This document shows, one piece after another, positions 9,441 through 18,124 of a stretch of DNA of 64,000 nt. Made by a program: the position numbers and the translations under genes. Positions within the stretch are counted from its first letter, which is position 1. Every line of letters begins with the position of its first letter. The stretch lies in sequence record NC_041972.1, one strand, 5' to 3'. The notes under the pieces are model-generated. The model was not told the origin of the DNA, ran no database searches, and saw nothing but the letters and a program-made list of their open reading frames with translations.

Positions 9441-11008
9441 AAAAAAACCCGTGCTACGTTCAGCGGGGTGTACGCAGGGAAGGTATTGCTCACCAGCGGC
9501 TGACGCGCCTGGCAGTTCGGGCATTTCCAACGCGGCACCGCAACCACACCGACCGTTACCCGGTTGATGAACTTGTTCAGCTCTTCAAAGAACGGTTTAC
9601 GCATATCCGGGGTTGCACTGAATTGCTTCAGCAGTAATGCCACGTCATCGGCCGACTCAACATAGTTGCCGTCGTTGAACTCGATCTTGGTCACCCAGTG
9701 GGCGTAACCGCGCATGGAGGACAGCGCTGCCTGTTTGTTGATGTGCTGCTCACGCTGCTCACGCGTCATGCTGTCGTTGAAGCTGTCGGTGATCGCTTGT
9801 TGAATACCGTTGATCCAGGCATAACCCGCTGCATTCTTATCTTCGAGTGATGGCACCCGCAGATAGAACTTCACATCTTTCACAGTGATGACATTGTCTT
9901 TCATCACTTCAAAGCCGGTCTGGTAGGCAATGACCTGCTCGACGGTACGGCCGCTGAAGTGAGACATGTGCGCACGCTGGGTTGGTGACAGACGATTGTT
10001 GTCAATGATCGACAGACGAGAGACGTTAACTTTCGCTGCTTCAACATGCACACACTTCTTCGGATCGGCGGCACAGGCAGTGACCATGTGGTAGCCAGAC
10101 TTAAAGCGTGCGCCCAGGTAGGCGTTAGCGATCAGATCAAGATCCTGCTCTTTGATTAACGGCAGCAGGGTTTTCTTATCGGAGACACCGATGCTGCTGT
10201 CAGTGACCATACCCAACAGGAAGTCAGTCATGTGCTTACGTACCACGACATCCAGGTTGTTAAACACCAGACCGTTGGTGCGACGACCGAGGATCGCTTT
10301 CTCAGCCATGATGGCGGTTTGCATATCCACAAACTCATCATCACCGGCAATCAGCAATGTGACCCAGATACCAGAATGTGGCAGCGGCAGATGGACATAG
10401 TCACCCATGTTCATCACGCCACGTGCCCGCATCACCGCCTGTGGGCCGGTCAGCAGTTTAGTGCCTTCGGTACTGCGCTTCACTGGCGGGCGAGAGACAC
10501 CCTGCACTTTGTTGCTGTCAAGCAGAATACCCTGCAACCACTGCGCACCATCTTGACGAATGGTCAGGTTCAGACCAGAACGGTACGACAGGTTGGTGAT
10601 GGCGTTACTGGCCAGGGATAGCCAGATCATCGCTTTATCAGCACCGTATAGACTGACGATCTCTTTTAAGATCTTCTTGTCTTCGGTGTTGGTGTCGATC
10701 TCATTGATCAGCGCCGTCGCTGCATCGTAATCCTGATGCATAATAGACAGCACACCTTCCGTGCCGACATCCTCCATGGAATTCAGCTTTTCAATGATCG
10801 GGTTCTGATAGAGCGGATCGAATGCCTGCTCAACGGCTTCAGCTTCGGGTGCTTCGGCATCGCCCTGTTGGCCGGCTTCTGCTGGCTCGGGATCGGTGCC
10901 GATAGTACCAGTAGTCGCCGGACGACCTGGATCAACTTCAGGAATACCAGAGTGGTTTTCTTCAACAGGCTCTTGCTGTGACAGAATGGATGGGTTATCA
11001 CCGGACAT
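9389..11008 (-). CDS. Putative tail/baseplate assembly chaperone (T4 gp26-like, CxxC; phiKZ gp77-like position)
   Basis: 539-aa ORF with AAGGA RBS, acidic N-terminus, CAADPKKCVH and WKCPNCQ metal-binding motifs. Confidence 0.55.
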   Translation of the reverse strand: MSGDNPSILSQQEPVEENHSGIPEVDPGRPATTGTIGTDPEPAEAGQQGDAEAPEAEAVEQAFDPLYQNPIIEKLNSMEDVGTEGVLSIMHQDYDAATALINEIDTNTEDKKILKEIVSLYGADKAMIWLSLASNAITNLSYRSGLNLTIRQDGAQWLQGILLDSNKVQGVSRPPVKRSTEGTKLLTGPQAVMRARGVMNMGDYVHLPLPHSGIWVTLLIAGDDEFVDMQTAIMAEKAILGRRTNGLVFNNLDVVVRKHMTDFLLGMVTDSSIGVSDKKTLLPLIKEQDLDLIANAYLGARFKSGYHMVTACAADPKKCVHVEAAKVNVSRLSIIDNNRLSPTQRAHMSHFSGRTVEQVIAYQTGFEVMKDNVITVKDVKFYLRVPSLEDKNAAGYAWINGIQQAITDSFNDSMTREQREQHINKQAALSSMRGYAHWVTKIEFNDGNYVESADDVALLLKQFSATPDMRKPFFEELNKFINRVTVGVVAVPRWKCPNCQARQPLVSNTFPAYTPLNVARVFFTLMTNTLNQTFDQADI

Positions 11009-11025
11009 TATGCTTATCCTTACCT

Positions 11026-11493
11026 TTACTTTTTAGTGGGGTCGACCTGAACCGGGTCATTGAGTTTGCTTGCTGCGCCAGCGGCAACCGCGTTAGCATG
11101 GGCGCTGTCTGACATGGTCAGAATGGCAGCACCGTGACGCTGCATCGCATCCAGCAATTTACTCTGCAGGACGATGTATTGTTCGTGCACACTGAGGAAG
11201 TCAGCGATGGTGCTGTCATGCAAGGCATAACCGGTTTTGCCTTGATGCTGCTGCTTGATCAACGGCAGTGTTTCATCGATCTCTTTGACTACAGCCAGCG
11301 CCGCTTCGATGTGCGAGCTTAACGCAGAGGGGTTTGGCTGAAAGCGAATGATGTTGGTGTTGACGGCCATGAGACAAGTATTGCTCAGCTCATTGCGCAA
11401 ATTAATCGTATAAGTTGCCGCAGAATCCAGGTACTCCCAGAACTGATCGGGCTGATGGACCTCTGGTGCGAGAGGCGGTTCATTGGTTGACAT
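11026..11493 (-). CDS. Conserved hypothetical protein (155 aa)
   Basis: AAGGA RBS; first gene of the minus-strand operon. Confidence 0.75.
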   Translation of the reverse strand: MSTNEPPLAPEVHQPDQFWEYLDSAATYTINLRNELSNTCLMAVNTNIIRFQPNPSALSSHIEAALAVVKEIDETLPLIKQQHQGKTGYALHDSTIADFLSVHEQYIVLQSKLLDAMQRHGAAILTMSDSAHANAVAAGAASKLNDPVQVDPTKK

Positions 11494-11585
11494 AACGGGT
11501 CCTTGAGGTGATTTATCTTGTGGCTTACATATATTGACACTACTAATGTCAACAATTACAACGTTTATACGGAAAAGGCGCGGTC

Positions 11586-12497
11586 ATGAGTGATTTTACT
11601 GACTTAACGAAATTGAAGACCGAATTACCACAAAACATCCAAAAGATTGATGAGCAGGATGATGTGGGTGACTTCAGCGATCTTAACGACTACCTCATGA
11701 CCATCATTCCGGATGAACGGCGTGAGCGCTTGATCGCGATCTGTCAAAACTTGAGCACCCTGCAGTACCATCAAGTCCAGCCCGATGTGGATCGGTTACT
11801 GATGATGGCTAACGACGGTGAAGCGCCGTCGGTACTCGATGACCTGACCCGGTTGTTATTTGAACACGCTTATGACTTAACGAAAAACATGGGCTTTAAC
11901 TGGGCTGATGAGATTGAGTTTGATCAGCTGTTCCTGCTCGGTGATGTAATCGAAGGTGCCATGTTGATTGATGGCATGGAAGACTACGGCGACCTCTCAG
12001 CGATCCTGGATGGCGATGACTCGGTTGAAGAGAAGGTGGTGGATATCTGGGGCCTGGTGCTCGACAAAGACATGCACCATCTCTTTGAACAAATCCAGTC
12101 CATCGAACCGGCAGTGATCAGCGGGATCAAACAAGTCACGACCCGCCCGTATGCCGAAGACGATTATGCAGATGTGCAACGTCCACTTGAGTTCGTGGTT
12201 GAGCGGTTGGTGAAAGTCCGTGAGATGATGAAGACCGATGGCATTGCTTACCAGCATGTGGCCAAGGGCGGGGCATTAGGCGTTGAACTCGATTCACTGA
12301 TTACGCTATACACCCCTGAGTTGAATGCCGTAACCGATCCGATCGAACTGACCGACCTGCTGGTTGCCTTTACCCTGATCAGCAACACCCCAGATGGTTT
12401 GGTGAAATCCACCGCATCCCGGCTGGCAGAAAAATGGATTGATGATATCGAAGTCATCAATGTGGTAGGTAAACATATCGACAGGTATCCCGTGTGA
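11586..12497 (+). CDS. Acidic hypothetical protein (phiKZ gp79-like position)
   Basis: 303 aa, Asp/Glu-rich, GTGA overlap with the RNAP subunit gene. Confidence 0.75.
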   Translation: MSDFTDLTKLKTELPQNIQKIDEQDDVGDFSDLNDYLMTIIPDERRERLIAICQNLSTLQYHQVQPDVDRLLMMANDGEAPSVLDDLTRLLFEHAYDLTKNMGFNWADEIEFDQLFLLGDVIEGAMLIDGMEDYGDLSAILDGDDSVEEKVVDIWGLVLDKDMHHLFEQIQSIEPAVISGIKQVTTRPYAEDDYADVQRPLEFVVERLVKVREMMKTDGIAYQHVAKGGALGVELDSLITLYTPELNAVTDPIELTDLLVAFTLISNTPDGLVKSTASRLAEKWIDDIEVINVVGKHIDRYPV

Positions 12498-13804
12498 ATA
12501 TTCGCGACTATTTAATCATGGCCTTTCGGGCAGGGGCTTACAAGCAACGCCAGTGGGTGTTGAGTGTCATGAGTATCACCCAGACCCCGGATGGTAAATC
12601 CGTAGCAGACAGTATGATCCCGTATCAGGCACACCGCATCAACATCGGCGCGACCCTCGATTGGGCTTACTGGGACGACTTCAACAAAACCTTTGTGCCG
12701 ATTGAGGGAGTGGATGTTAACTTCCCGTTGTTTCGACCCGAGGATCAATACACACTACAACCTGGGGATTTTGCCAATGTCACTGAAGAAGTTACTACTA
12801 CTTTCGGCCGTATTCTGGCTAACCATTATTATTTTATCGATGTGGTCGGTGAACGTGTCCCATTTCAGAACGTAGAATTCAACCGTGGGATGTTGGAGAA
12901 GATCTACAAGGCCCGGGTATTAGAAGACGCCCAGGACTTGCGGCGCTCTGATCCGTTCTACCTGACTGTCGATGAATTCAAACGCTCCGTGGATAACGGC
13001 TTTGCCTTGGGTGGGTTGTCGAAACTTTGTGTACCGACTGCTTGTCCGGAAACCATGTATCCGCCGAAGTTCATCATCGAGATGCGTGACCGTCTGTTTG
13101 AAGAGCACAAGGATGAGCTCAACAACCCGGTGGTCATGGGGCGTATTCAGGATGAGCTGTTAAAGCACTACCGTGAGTTCCTAATGTCCACCCCGTCAGC
13201 CAAGTTCTTTGTGATCAAGAAGACCATCGACCAGGCCTTCAACAACATGTTCTTGACCGGCGGTATTGCCGGGGCTTTTGGTGGTAACACTGTTATTACC
13301 AACTCGCTGTACGAAGGCTGGAACCTGAAGAACTTCCCGGCGTTAGTGAATGGCTCTATCGAAGCTTCCTTTGACCGCGGTGCGGCTACAGCCGATGGTG
13401 GTGAGAAAGTGAAGATGTTGATCCGTGCCACGCAGAACATCCGTATCACCGATGATGATTGCGGCACCCAGCTCGGGGTACCGTGGGTGATTGAAGATGC
13501 CGGCAAAGCCCGCTTCATTAACTCTTACATACTGGATAAAGGTGTGACGATTCTGTTAACTCCGGAGAACATTGATAAGTTCATCGGTAAACCGGTCATG
13601 ACCCGGTCACCTAGCTTCTGTAAGAAATCCCATGGCGACTCCTGTAAGTTCTGTGTCGGGGCACATAACGCCACCAACCCACGCGGGATGTCTTCCGGTA
13701 CCTCGAAAATCGGTTCTACCCTGATGTTGCTCAGTATGAAAGCGATGCATAAAGGCAGTAAGATCGATTTGATCGAATACAACCTGGATGAAGTGTTCAA
13801 CTAA
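12494..13804 (+). CDS. Virion RNA polymerase beta'-like subunit fragment (phiKZ gp80-like)
   Basis: ATADGG..K..IRATQNIRITDDDCGT (bridge-helix/EDDCGT region) and RSPSFC-x6-C-x2-C zinc site typical of beta'. Confidence 0.9.
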   Translation: MNIRDYLIMAFRAGAYKQRQWVLSVMSITQTPDGKSVADSMIPYQAHRINIGATLDWAYWDDFNKTFVPIEGVDVNFPLFRPEDQYTLQPGDFANVTEEVTTTFGRILANHYYFIDVVGERVPFQNVEFNRGMLEKIYKARVLEDAQDLRRSDPFYLTVDEFKRSVDNGFALGGLSKLCVPTACPETMYPPKFIIEMRDRLFEEHKDELNNPVVMGRIQDELLKHYREFLMSTPSAKFFVIKKTIDQAFNNMFLTGGIAGAFGGNTVITNSLYEGWNLKNFPALVNGSIEASFDRGAATADGGEKVKMLIRATQNIRITDDDCGTQLGVPWVIEDAGKARFINSYILDKGVTILLTPENIDKFIGKPVMTRSPSFCKKSHGDSCKFCVGAHNATNPRGMSSGTSKIGSTLMLLSMKAMHKGSKIDLIEYNLDEVFN

Positions 13805-13808
13805 AAGA

Positions 13809-13825
13809 TCTTAGACCTACATTAT
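13809..13825 (+). promoter_or_regulatory. Candidate phage early promoter TCTTAGACCTACATTAT
   Basis: Identical 17-mer at 54037-54053 and a 12-mer core at 63922-63933; each lies in a gap right after a core-gene block. Confidence 0.55.
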
Positions 13826-13858
13826 AAAAAGGATATGATTTAATAAAAGGAGTTCCCG

Positions 13859-14575
13859 ATGTATGGTCTATTGATCTTAGCACTACCCCAGTCACCGTAT
13901 GTCCACATGAGTGCGATGACTGCGGACAGGTTTACTGAACTGCTCCCACAGTTCCAGAAAGAGCTCGATGCAGATATCTTTCCCAACGTCTGTTTCCAAG
14001 GCGCGTTTAACGTCAGCAACACTCGTACTGTAACGCCCTTATTCATTCCGTGTAGTGGTTTGGTATCGGCACGGGAGTTGGGTTACGAACAGATCCGTAA
14101 TATTCTTGCTAACCCAGAGAAAGAGATCCAGCACGTCACCAACATCGGTGATTGGTTAGGTCGTCCGGGTAAGGTGATGTTCGATAATGCGGATGGATCT
14201 GTGGATGAGGGCGTTGTGACCGATATGTACAAATATCTGGTACATGAGAGAAGAGAGCGTTCTGTCTTTCGGTTCAGTCCTGTTGATCTCAGTATCACCG
14301 ATACCGAACCATTGCCAACTCACCTCTACCCGCGTGATCATTTCTACGACCAGGTCTACATCGACAAAGACGGTGAGCGTGCTTTCCTGTCTTACGGGTC
14401 GTGCGGTGAAGAAGGCTGTGCCATAGAGCCAGGCGAAGAGAAACCCGTGCAAGTGTACGGCGTTACCTACTCATCACTGGATGAAGCGGCCCGTTGCTAT
14501 AACCTGCCTGAGCAGTACGTGAAAGAACGCGTTGAGTCTGACAGCCTTGAATGGCTGGAGTGGTCATATTTGTAA
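13859..14575 (+). CDS. Degenerate GIY-YIG-like protein with C-terminal NUMOD/HTH-like DNA-binding domain (paralog 1)
   Basis: YGLLIL..YVHMS..FPNVCFQGAFN..TNIGDW N-domain; PVQVYGVTYSSLDEAARCYNL C-domain. Confidence 0.65.
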   Translation: MYGLLILALPQSPYVHMSAMTADRFTELLPQFQKELDADIFPNVCFQGAFNVSNTRTVTPLFIPCSGLVSARELGYEQIRNILANPEKEIQHVTNIGDWLGRPGKVMFDNADGSVDEGVVTDMYKYLVHERRERSVFRFSPVDLSITDTEPLPTHLYPRDHFYDQVYIDKDGERAFLSYGSCGEEGCAIEPGEEKPVQVYGVTYSSLDEAARCYNLPEQYVKERVESDSLEWLEWSYL

Positions 14576-14703
14576 AAGTATTTGGGGATGAGACGCAGAG
14601 CTGATTCCCATCTACGGTAAGTTGTTCAAGGAAGCAGCAAACCGGTTATAAAAAATGAAAGGGTTTTCGTAAGATAGTCAGTGCTCCGTACCTGAGACAA
14701 TAC

Positions 14704-14901
14704 ATGACCACAAACCCGCAGTTTATTTTCGTGGCTCAGAATTCTGATGCTACACACAGCGTAGAGAAACTGGAAGTAGGACGCGATACCGATACCCAGA
14801 AGAACCTCACGGAACTTCGTAAAGGTTTGCCGTTCGACTTCTCGTTTATCATGTCTGAAGAGGCGATCTATCAACTTCGACAGGCAGGGCACATCAACTA
14901 A
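14704..14901 (+). CDS. Small hypothetical protein (65 aa)
   Basis: ORF in operon context; weak RBS. Confidence 0.55.
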   Translation: MTTNPQFIFVAQNSDATHSVEKLEVGRDTDTQKNLTELRKGLPFDFSFIMSEEAIYQLRQAGHIN

Positions 14902-14916
14902 ACTGCTGAGGTAGTC

Positions 14917-15369
14917 ATGACGAACAAATCGGAGATCTCACACGGTGGTGGCGATCAGCCTATGGAAAAAGAGCAAAGCAACTTATCCGTACTGGTGAAC
15001 TACTCCACAGGTGTGATGGAAGGTGACCGTTTTAATTACTCGGTTGCATTGGCGCTGTTGAAAGACGGCATCAAAGTGAAACGCGAAGACTGGAAGAACG
15101 CTTTCCTGGTGTTCGTCCCGGGTAGTCAGAATGTTGAACTGCCAAAAGGGTCGCCGTATGAAGTCGCACTCCACGGTAAGAAGTCCGTTGCCAATATTCG
15201 TCCGCACATCGATCTGTACACGGAGTACGGTGAATTCGAAGTCGGTTGGACAGCCAACCAGGAAGACACTAACGCCGATGACTGGATGATTGTCTTAGAC
15301 AAGAACACCAATCAAGACGACAGTGCCGACGAAGAGAAAGAGTCCTCAAACGACGACTCGAAGTCATAA
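14917..15369 (+). CDS. DUF2829-family protein (Tad2-like anti-defence sponge candidate)
   Basis: F..ALALLKDGIKVKREDWKNAFLVFVPGS...PHIDL..E.G...W.ANQED..ADDW.IV pattern; GAGGT RBS. Confidence 0.8.
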   Translation: MTNKSEISHGGGDQPMEKEQSNLSVLVNYSTGVMEGDRFNYSVALALLKDGIKVKREDWKNAFLVFVPGSQNVELPKGSPYEVALHGKKSVANIRPHIDLYTEYGEFEVGWTANQEDTNADDWMIVLDKNTNQDDSADEEKESSNDDSKS

Positions 15370-15374
15370 ACCCC

Positions 15375-15403
15375 AGGAGAGCTTCGGCTCTCCTTTTATG
15401 CCC
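15375..15403 (+). terminator. Hairpin plus TTATGCC
   Basis: aggagagc-ttcg-gctctcct-tttatgccc. Confidence 0.75.
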
Positions 15404-15418
15404 ATTAAGGAACATGTC

Positions 15419-15778
15419 ATGAGTGAAAAGAAAGCGTTCGAAGTGGTATTAGACAGTCGTCATGAACCGTACGAGGCTTACCAGTTATTAGTGGCGCGTA
15501 TCAATACGTTATTACGCACCGGTCAAGGCTACCATGAAGTGAAACTCACGAAATGGCAGCTTTACGATAACGGTCTTCTTATCAAAGGAGATGATGATGT
15601 GCATATCTCCTTGTTGCGTCATTTCTATTACGATAAGCAACGCAATACATTTGGTGGTGGCTTCATGACCTTTGAAATCCTGGAAGATCTGGGTCGTTAC
15701 TACAAAGTGTCCGATATCACAGAAGGGATGAGCGAGAACGTTGGTCTCGTCTTTACGATCACGGTAACCACACCATAA
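15419..15778 (+). CDS. T-[AK]-W family paralog 1
   Basis: AAGGA RBS before ATG 15419; EVKLTKWQLYDNGLLIKGDD. Confidence 0.75.
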   Translation: MSEKKAFEVVLDSRHEPYEAYQLLVARINTLLRTGQGYHEVKLTKWQLYDNGLLIKGDDDVHISLLRHFYYDKQRNTFGGGFMTFEILEDLGRYYKVSDITEGMSENVGLVFTITVTTP

Positions 15779-15785
15779 GGAAACT

Positions 15786-16154
15786 GTGATGAAACCACTC
15801 TTCGCCATGAAGTTTGATACCCGGGATGCGGGATTAGGGGATCAGCTCGATCTCTTGCAATCACGGGTTAAGGCTTATTCTAAACACGGCACCATGATCA
15901 AGGATGTAGCGGTGACGGCCTGGGTGGTCTGTTCGGATAACATGCCGGTTGCCGGTGATGACCCTGCTCATGTCAGCATTATCCACCGTTACCGTTACGA
16001 CATCGAACAACAGTGTGTGGTCGGTGGGGTCAGTGCCATGGATGCTCTGCGTGAGATCTGGTCGGCGTATGGTCCTGACTCTACCCTCCCGCCGTTCAGC
16101 CGGATACCCGGTGCTGTCGATATGCAATTTACCTTAACTGTGTTCACTATTTAA
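15786..16154 (+). CDS. T-[AK]-W family paralog 2
   Basis: DVAVTAWVVCSDNMPVAGDD; AAGGA RBS. Confidence 0.75.
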   Translation: MMKPLFAMKFDTRDAGLGDQLDLLQSRVKAYSKHGTMIKDVAVTAWVVCSDNMPVAGDDPAHVSIIHRYRYDIEQQCVVGGVSAMDALREIWSAYGPDSTLPPFSRIPGAVDMQFTLTVFTI

Positions 16155-16167
16155 AGGAGATACCCGT

Positions 16168-16560
16168 ATGGGAGTTTCTACTGCTGCTGCTCGTCGTTCT
16201 AAAGAAGGGGTGTTTACCCGGAGTATTGAAGTGCGTCATGATCACTGGAAACGGGACATCACGGATTTAGGACTGGATGTCCATAACCTGGTGTTGTGTA
16301 AACAGGAGATCGTATCCGTTACCCTCACTGCCTGGCGGGCGTATGATGAGTGCGGTGTATTGCGCGGCAGTGCCAAAGAGTTGAAGTTAGACATTACGGA
16401 ATGGTTCCTCGGTGACAAAGGCCCGGTCATTAATGATGCGATCAAACCTCTCACGTTTGCCTTCATCATTAATCAACAACGCAGCCAACGCACGCCCTGG
16501 GTAAAAGATGTCCGCTTAGGGCTTAACCTGTCCATTGTCTACAAGAGGATTCAGCAATAA
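16168..16560 (+). CDS. T-[AK]-W family paralog 3
   Basis: SVTLTAWRAYDECGVLRGSA; AAGGAG RBS. Confidence 0.75.
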   Translation: MGVSTAAARRSKEGVFTRSIEVRHDHWKRDITDLGLDVHNLVLCKQEIVSVTLTAWRAYDECGVLRGSAKELKLDITEWFLGDKGPVINDAIKPLTFAFIINQQRSQRTPWVKDVRLGLNLSIVYKRIQQ

Positions 16561-16904
16561 TGGAAATTGTCCACCAACTCGATCTTAGCCATGGCTGGGA
16601 ACCCTTCAACCGCCTGAAAGCCGCCTTTGCCAAGAAACCCCCGGAGGCGATCCACATCACTGCCTGGGTCGCTCATGGCTATAAAGGAAACCTCATCGGC
16701 GATGAGCAAGTGGTGAAAGGGTCGTGCCAGGAGTGTCGGATTGATGTGACCCACATCTTCTTTCCCAGTCGGCCTGAGATCTTGATTGGTTTGTCGAGCT
16801 TCATTAACACCATTAATCGTGACGGGCCGGTGAAGATCCCGGCCTGGACCGGATCGATTACTCTTTGTCTTGAATTAGCGATAAGTTATACAGATAGAAT
16901 TTAA
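16560..16904 (+). CDS. T-[AK]-W family paralog 4
   Basis: AIHITAWVAHGYKGNLIGDE; TAATG coupling. Confidence 0.75.
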   Translation: MEIVHQLDLSHGWEPFNRLKAAFAKKPPEAIHITAWVAHGYKGNLIGDEQVVKGSCQECRIDVTHIFFPSRPEILIGLSSFINTINRDGPVKIPAWTGSITLCLELAISYTDRI

Positions 16905-17011
16905 TCGGCATATATTCTGTCTCGTTAGCGTAAGCTCGCTAAAAACCCTTTTAAAGTTTTGTATAACAAACTATCAACTTTGTAGAAAGAAACAAATAGG
17001 AAATTAATCTC

Positions 17012-17722
17012 ATGTTGCATGAAAACTTTGAAGCCTTAGTGGCGAACATCGCCAACCAAATCAATCAGCTGGAACCAGAGGATCTGCCGTCACTGATCCT
17101 GACCAAGAGCGAGGTCTACATCAACGACAAGCGACACGATCGCACGCGTCTACTGCTGAACCTGTTTACCCCACAACCCGGGCACACGCACGACGTGACC
17201 TTCGATCAAGAGCTGCAGGATGCTTTCGCTCACAACAACCTGGAGTTTATCAAAGTCGGCGAGGGGATCGCCTACGGACTACTGCGTACCAGTATCGTTA
17301 ACAACGAACCCGCGGTGTTCTGGATTCACGCCGATGTCTCCGATGATGCATCATTACTGAAGCAAGCCTGGGACATCATCACCGACCTGAAGAAGAATGC
17401 GGGTTACCCCCAGGCGTTTAACATTGACCTGCTCGACGTAAGCTGGCATGCGTTAAGCTGGGCACAACTGCTGGGGACTTTGCTTGACCGCACTGACCCG
17501 ACCCGCCGGTTCCGTTTGGCAACTAACCCCGATTACGATTTTGTGTTATCCCAGAAAGCCATCACGTACTACCAGGAGACGTTGAGTAAACGTCCGATGG
17601 CACCGGTTGCTTACCTCGATGACACTAACCTGTTTAATGGTGGCGACTTTAACGACAGTGATCGCAACTGGGCAATCGCCCCGAACGACAGCACCCGCCC
17701 TATCGTGAAGGTGTATGTTTAA
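17012..17722 (+). CDS. Hypothetical protein (236 aa)
   Basis: AGGA RBS after an AT-rich gap. Confidence 0.75.
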   Translation: MLHENFEALVANIANQINQLEPEDLPSLILTKSEVYINDKRHDRTRLLLNLFTPQPGHTHDVTFDQELQDAFAHNNLEFIKVGEGIAYGLLRTSIVNNEPAVFWIHADVSDDASLLKQAWDIITDLKKNAGYPQAFNIDLLDVSWHALSWAQLLGTLLDRTDPTRRFRLATNPDYDFVLSQKAITYYQETLSKRPMAPVAYLDDTNLFNGGDFNDSDRNWAIAPNDSTRPIVKVYV

Positions 17723-17780
17723 ATAAACACAAGCTCCAGATGGTATACTTGGAAACATTTATTGATCTGGAGCCCCAGCC

Positions 17781-18080
17781 ATGCAAAACAATGACGATGT
17801 GGTGCCGATGCACTATAACCACAACGTGGACATGAATAACCCGCTTGACGTGGATGAAGAGGCGTTAAAGGTTCGCTTCGCTGCGCGCCTGTGCAGCTTC
17901 CTTGATCTTGCCGAGCAACTGAATAAGGATGACTTAACCCAAAACGATATCAGTCAGTTCACCGTCGGTATCGTAAACTTAGTGTGTGACTCAATGGGCA
18001 GTAGTCCCAAACGAGACCTTTACAGGAGACAGATGGTTGACAAACTTGAACCTGTTCTGTCGAGGCATCTGATTAAATAG
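17781..18080 (+). CDS. Hypothetical protein (99 aa)
   Basis: GGAG RBS. Confidence 0.7.
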   Translation: MQNNDDVVPMHYNHNVDMNNPLDVDEEALKVRFAARLCSFLDLAEQLNKDDLTQNDISQFTVGIVNLVCDSMGSSPKRDLYRRQMVDKLEPVLSRHLIK

Positions 18081-18124
18081 TCGGAGGCGTGACGGAACGC
18101 GACTACATTGCAGTATAAAAGGAT

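Noticed and set aside
9389-9530. Independent start for the 184-aa ORF 8976-9530
   Set aside because: TTG/ATG lie inside the upstream CxxC coding region with no properly spaced RBS; a frameshift is favoured.
11534-11562. Host sigma70 promoter (TTGACA)
   Set aside because: The element at 17-bp spacing reads TACAAC and lacks the conserved final T; better explained as an inverted repeat.
13859-14575. Active mobile homing endonuclease
   Set aside because: The signature residues look degenerate, so it is not called a mobile element; kept as a domesticated candidate.
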